IMG/VR virus record: IMGVR_UViG_3300025530_000275
Location: 62,101-126,100 of that record
Origin: a virus
Direction: 5' to 3' (one strand)
Length of the DNA: 64,000 nucleotides
Positions 59,572 through 64,000 of this stretch are shown piece by piece. The notes beneath the pieces were generated by a model. That model had not been told where the DNA came from. It ran no database searches and saw only the letters and a list, made by a program, of their open reading frames with translations. Position numbers and translations under genes: made by a program. Position 1 is the stretch's first letter; each line of letters begins with the position of its first letter.

Positions 59572-59616
59572 AATATATTGTTCATAAATTTCCAATATTT
59601 TGCTTTTGACCCAAAG

Positions 59617-61815
59617 TCAAGAGTATTGACTGATAAACTCTGATAGTAGCATCACAGGGATGCCTTTTTTCCTTGCAATTAATGCTTTCTTACCATCGAG
59701 TCTATCAGGAGTCACTACAAGCAAATCATATTTACTTCCTGTTTCAATAATCTTAAAATTTAATGCTTTGCATATTTTTTCAAACTCAGGATTATTCCTA
59801 AATCCTGACACCAATATTACTTTATCATAATCCTTTTTAGTATCAACACAATTTAGCAGATTCTTCAATTCGACAAATTCTTCATAGGCGTTAATAAGAC
59901 CTTTGGAGAAATCTTTGGCCTTCTTATCAATACCTTTTACCGTCTTCAATTTTTTATAGAGAACATTTTCATCTTTGGATGACATCAACTGCTCTAATTC
60001 TTTTATAGAAATTTTATCGAGAATTTTTTCAGCAGTCTTCGTCCGAAGACCCGGTATTCTCAAAAGATCTATAACTTTTGGATATTCGATAGGTGCCTTT
60101 ATTTTATTTTGAAACTCATTCCAGGCTTTTTCCAAGTTTAGACCTTTGAGAACTTTAGAAAGATCTTTATATCCCATTTTTATAAACTCGATTGCATTGG
60201 ATATGCCTACAATTTCCACCAAGTCATTCGCGATTTCTTCCCCAAAGAAATCGAGATTCAGAATCCGTATTGCTTCCAGGATTCTTCCTACTTTATGACC
60301 AGGACAATCTTCATTGATACATTTTAACATATCTTTAGTTACAATAAGCTCAAAATTACATTTTATGCAATGTGTTGGAAGCATAAGAGGTTCTCCATTC
60401 TTAGCCGGTTTACATGTATCATCTTTATAGATGTATCCCATAACGTCTGCATTGTAGGATACAATAACTTCATCCCCAATATGAGGATTAAGTTCTTTAA
60501 ATCTTGTAATATTGTTAACCGGAGCTTTCTCATATCGAACACCATTAAATTCAATTGGCTCGAATGTTATATTAACTCCGATAAACCCCTGCTTCCCCAT
60601 AGATGGAAGTATCCCAGTGATTTTCGTTCTCTGCATCATTGCATCGAATTTATAGGCAATTTGCCACTTGTTCTTATTACTGGATCTTCCAAGTTCATTC
60701 TTTAAAGTATGGTTAACTATACTTATAACCAATCCATCTATACTATATGGAATCTGAGATCTTTTAGATGAATATTCCTGTACTGTTTTCTCTATCTCAG
60801 AAAGAAGTTCATCAATATTTCCATACAAATAAGTATATTCATATGGGAATTTTTCAGAACTATCAAAAAATACACAGGAGTTTCTCATTCTAATAAAGAT
60901 ATTTTCAAATGTTGCATCGCGATTTTTATCTAGTTTCCCATACAGATCTATAATTCTATCATCTGTAAGTAGCGGAACTAAAGTTACACACTTGTTAATC
61001 TCTATTAATTCATCTTTAGGCGTTTTCGGATTAGAGATACGTTTTAGGGCTGATGCAATTGCCGCCCGTCTTGTAGAGTAATTAATATTCACAATTTCAC
61101 TGAGTCTTTTTCTTCCATACTCAGTCACAATTGCTTCATATTGAATTCCCACAGTTTTAGGAAGTAATACAGTGTCAATCCAACGTATAGGATTTCTTCC
61201 AATCAAAATATTGGAGAGATCTACACCCTTATTTTCTTCAAAATTACCCCTGGTTACTGCCTTTACAGGGGTCAAAATATTTTCATTATTTCTAAACGTT
61301 ATAGTTACGGATGTACCGTCGAACTTAGGGGCTATAATAATCCCAAGTTTCTTTCTAGAAGTTTCTTTCATTATTTTTCTTAACCATTTTTCCACAGAGG
61401 GCTTATCGCTAACATTATAAACAGTATAAGCCTTATCCAAAGTACCAGCAAGTTCAGGGAAATCCTGCTCAGTACTTCTCATACCAGCTGGGATGAATGA
61501 TTGAAACGGCTCTTTCCCATCATTGAGATTTTTATATATCTCAATAAGCCTATCATACATATCATCCGGCATCAATCTATACAGAATTCCACTCATGTAC
61601 TGATTTAGCTCATAAAGCGACTTAGATACTTTCAAGATATTCTCTAAGCCCTTTAATTCATCCACGGTTATAGATTCATCGGGTTTGAAAACTATTTCAT
61701 GTAGAGTCAGCACGATCTCAGGATCTTGTAATCCTACAGCCGCTGAAGCATACTGTCCATTATCAATGTAGTTTAGTAGTCGTCCTGTTATCTTACTGAA
61801 TTTAGCCATCCTCAT
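59617..61815 (-). CDS. ligA: NAD-dependent DNA ligase
   Basis: PKFDG, TRGN, DGLVI, WQIAYKF, CxxC...C..C Zn finger, HhH and BRCT-like C-terminus. Confidence 0.92.
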   Translation of the reverse strand: MRMAKFSKITGRLLNYIDNGQYASAAVGLQDPEIVLTLHEIVFKPDESITVDELKGLENILKVSKSLYELNQYMSGILYRLMPDDMYDRLIEIYKNLNDGKEPFQSFIPAGMRSTEQDFPELAGTLDKAYTVYNVSDKPSVEKWLRKIMKETSRKKLGIIIAPKFDGTSVTITFRNNENILTPVKAVTRGNFEENKGVDLSNILIGRNPIRWIDTVLLPKTVGIQYEAIVTEYGRKRLSEIVNINYSTRRAAIASALKRISNPKTPKDELIEINKCVTLVPLLTDDRIIDLYGKLDKNRDATFENIFIRMRNSCVFFDSSEKFPYEYTYLYGNIDELLSEIEKTVQEYSSKRSQIPYSIDGLVISIVNHTLKNELGRSSNKNKWQIAYKFDAMMQRTKITGILPSMGKQGFIGVNITFEPIEFNGVRYEKAPVNNITRFKELNPHIGDEVIVSYNADVMGYIYKDDTCKPAKNGEPLMLPTHCIKCNFELIVTKDMLKCINEDCPGHKVGRILEAIRILNLDFFGEEIANDLVEIVGISNAIEFIKMGYKDLSKVLKGLNLEKAWNEFQNKIKAPIEYPKVIDLLRIPGLRTKTAEKILDKISIKELEQLMSSKDENVLYKKLKTVKGIDKKAKDFSKGLINAYEEFVELKNLLNCVDTKKDYDKVILVSGFRNNPEFEKICKALNFKIIETGSKYDLLVVTPDRLDGKKALIARKKGIPVMLLSEFISQYS

Positions 61816-61908
61816 TCCCCTTCTTCTATTTACTTCTATATGAATAATATATACTTTCTAAAAATATTATTAGGAGTGCACAGAAATCGTGCACTCCTAA
61901 TAATATTT

Positions 61909-63996
61909 TTATCGTCTCAGTTTATCCCATCCATCAAAGAATATTTTTATAGATTTCTTATCCATACTTTTAATTTCATCCAAAAGAATATCTCTAACCT
62001 CTTCATCAGATCCTCCATATTCAAACTCTAGGGCCATACCACATACCATAAATGTAGCATTAAATAGATCAACTACCCTAGATTTTGGATTCTTCATCTC
62101 TATACGAAGATCTTCGGAGAAAATATTTGTATGAAGAAGTTGAGAAAATTCACGCCTTCCAGTTACAGAAGTACAATAAAGTCTTGTAAAGAAATTGATG
62201 GCCGCAGGATCGTTACAGAGATTCAAGATATCCATCTCCATATTACCAATCCTGATAGCTTGGTTATTAAACAATGCTGTACCTCTGCTATATGCATGAG
62301 ATTTAATAGGCAAAAATGTTCTAGGATTAATTGTACCTTTAGATCTTACAGAGAATTTCGTTATTGGCTCATGTTTAAGTCTGTAGATATACGTATCAGA
62401 CATAATCATCTTACGTTGAATATTATAAACCCCTCCGGATTTATCCATAAACGTAAACCTTTTCTTCTTAGGTTCAAATCTCTCTATAAGTTTTGAATAG
62501 TTCTTAAAGCTAATAGACATACTTGGGGGTTGGAATATAACAAATTCTTTAGTAATTTGTGATAGGAATTCTTCCTTCTCCTCTTTATCGAGGGATTTAT
62601 AGAACTCCCTTACCATTTTTTCTTGGTCGGGGTTACATATCGACAAGAAATCCAGAAGTGCTTCGAATTTCTTTTTCTTAGGAGCATCCCCTTCCAGAAT
62701 CTGATCCACAATCCAGTTCAATTCAAGTTCATATAGCTGAGATGGATTCAGACGTCCAATGACGCTCAGAGCACTAAAGATGACTTCTACATATTCACCA
62801 TCTTCACTTCTTGGCATGTATTTTTCTGGAACTATCTCGGAAACAACACCTTTATTCCCATGGCGTCCAACAAGTTTTGTTCCGACTACAGCCTTTTTCT
62901 CATTAACTACAGTTATATAGATGATTATGTCATCAAAAATCGATCCATCATCATCCCACTTGACATGCTTCCCGATGCTCATCACATCTTTAGCGCGAGA
63001 ATATGTTATACCAATTTGATCCGAATATTCATTTTCCGGGTTCCCAACAATTTCTTCAAGTGTTTCTTTAAGCTCGCGCCAATAATTGTTAATCAACTTC
63101 ATATATTTCAAAATTTGGTGATTGACCTTATCAGTGGAAATTTCATCAATTGGTATATTAGAATAAATATCAATATCTACTACAGTTCCTTCTGCATAAT
63201 ATAGAGTATCACCAAACATCTCTTTTCTAAGATTTTTACTTTTTAGCATATATTGTGCGTTATTATAATCAATTCTCCGTCTCCCACACAATACTTTATT
63301 TCTAACTTCCTCTCCAATATCCGGAAATGCCTTATAGACTTCACTATTTCCGTAAAGATTGAGTAGGATATCGTTAGTATTCTTTGGGATCTTGTAAGTA
63401 TTTACGTTCGTGACTTTCAATCTTTTTGCAAGTTTGTCAGAAATCCTGAATGCGTCCTCAACAATTGCTGGATCTACCATATATACGGTCTTTGCATTTA
63501 TACCTAAGCGATAGTTCATATTATCATCATAGGAGCGGGATCTGTATAGGATCTCCCCCGATTTTACTTTATCTCCAACTTTCTTAGAATCAATAATTTT
63601 ATTATTCATTTTTACACCAGTTGCTTCTGCAAAAGCTTCAACTTCATTCCTAAATACAATATCGTAATAATTTTTGCCAGCTTCTTTAAGAATCAAAGCA
63701 TAAACAAAATCATTGTCAAATTTTCTAATCTTCTTTACAACTTCAAAATTTTTATCAGATCTATAGTAGGAAGTCGACCTATCTCCAAACAATTTCTCAT
63801 ATCCAGTCACGATTCTCGGAATTTCCGGATTTTCAAGATTTTTAGATTGTGCAATCTGTTGGAAGATCAGAGCCGCCCGAGAAGAGTTTACTTTATTCCC
63901 AATCGGTATAAATAAACCGCTTCCGAGAGCGTGGTCAATATTTTTAATCTCACTAGCTATTCTATCAAGTTCTTCCATTTGTTCTGGTTGTAACAT
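61909..63996 (-). CDS. rpoB: RNA polymerase beta C-terminal subunit
   Basis: NSSRA, EDAFRIS, GTKLVGRHGNKGVV, GRLNPSQ, RLKH, IRIGNME; the start may lie beyond the window edge. Confidence 0.92.
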   Translation of the reverse strand: MLQPEQMEELDRIASEIKNIDHALGSGLFIPIGNKVNSSRAALIFQQIAQSKNLENPEIPRIVTGYEKLFGDRSTSYYRSDKNFEVVKKIRKFDNDFVYALILKEAGKNYYDIVFRNEVEAFAEATGVKMNNKIIDSKKVGDKVKSGEILYRSRSYDDNMNYRLGINAKTVYMVDPAIVEDAFRISDKLAKRLKVTNVNTYKIPKNTNDILLNLYGNSEVYKAFPDIGEEVRNKVLCGRRRIDYNNAQYMLKSKNLRKEMFGDTLYYAEGTVVDIDIYSNIPIDEISTDKVNHQILKYMKLINNYWRELKETLEEIVGNPENEYSDQIGITYSRAKDVMSIGKHVKWDDDGSIFDDIIIYITVVNEKKAVVGTKLVGRHGNKGVVSEIVPEKYMPRSEDGEYVEVIFSALSVIGRLNPSQLYELELNWIVDQILEGDAPKKKKFEALLDFLSICNPDQEKMVREFYKSLDKEEKEEFLSQITKEFVIFQPPSMSISFKNYSKLIERFEPKKKRFTFMDKSGGVYNIQRKMIMSDTYIYRLKHEPITKFSVRSKGTINPRTFLPIKSHAYSRGTALFNNQAIRIGNMEMDILNLCNDPAAINFFTRLYCTSVTGRREFSQLLHTNIFSEDLRIEMKNPKSRVVDLFNATFMVCGMALEFEYGGSDEEVRDILLDEIKSMDKKSIKIFFDGWDKLRR

Positions 63997-64000
63997 TTAC

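Noticed and set aside
1-64000. tRNA genes, CRISPR arrays, transposases, phage-nucleus shell or tubulin genes
   Set aside because: None recognisable by eye in this window; they may exist elsewhere in the genome

Overview
A 64 kb segment of an AT-rich jumbo myophage in the AR9/PBS1-phiKZ lineage. Strong AGGAGG-type ribosome-binding sites and a captured GC-rich prophage-type gene suggest a Firmicutes (Bacillales-like) host. The window holds most of the core module. Transcription: split multisubunit RNA polymerase subunits (beta-N, beta-C, and a beta'-C interrupted by a group I intron) and a probable gp226/gp68-like promoter-specificity subunit. Replication and metabolism: family-B DNA polymerase, primase, SF2 helicase, SbcC/Rad50 ATPase, NAD-dependent ligase, GroEL-like chaperonin and ThyX. 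Morphogenesis: portal, tail tube and sheath, large terminase, major capsid protein, prohead protease and neck proteins. Two promoter grammars can be read directly from the DNA: TATATATTATT (13 copies, early-type) and AACA-N6-TR (11 copies, AR9 late-type). The main unexplained signals are: (1) an unannotated ~285-nt highly structured RNA gene with its own late promoter and terminator (59287-59571); (2) a short R-x-x-x-G-[FYL]-I-x-[IVL] peptide grafted onto several unrelated proteins, four times on the RNAP beta-N tail; (3) AR9-type late promoters, which are uracil-dependent in AR9, in a phage that encodes thymidylate synthase; (4) two gene insertions flanked by local duplications. All product calls come from motif recognition by eye; no database search was run.
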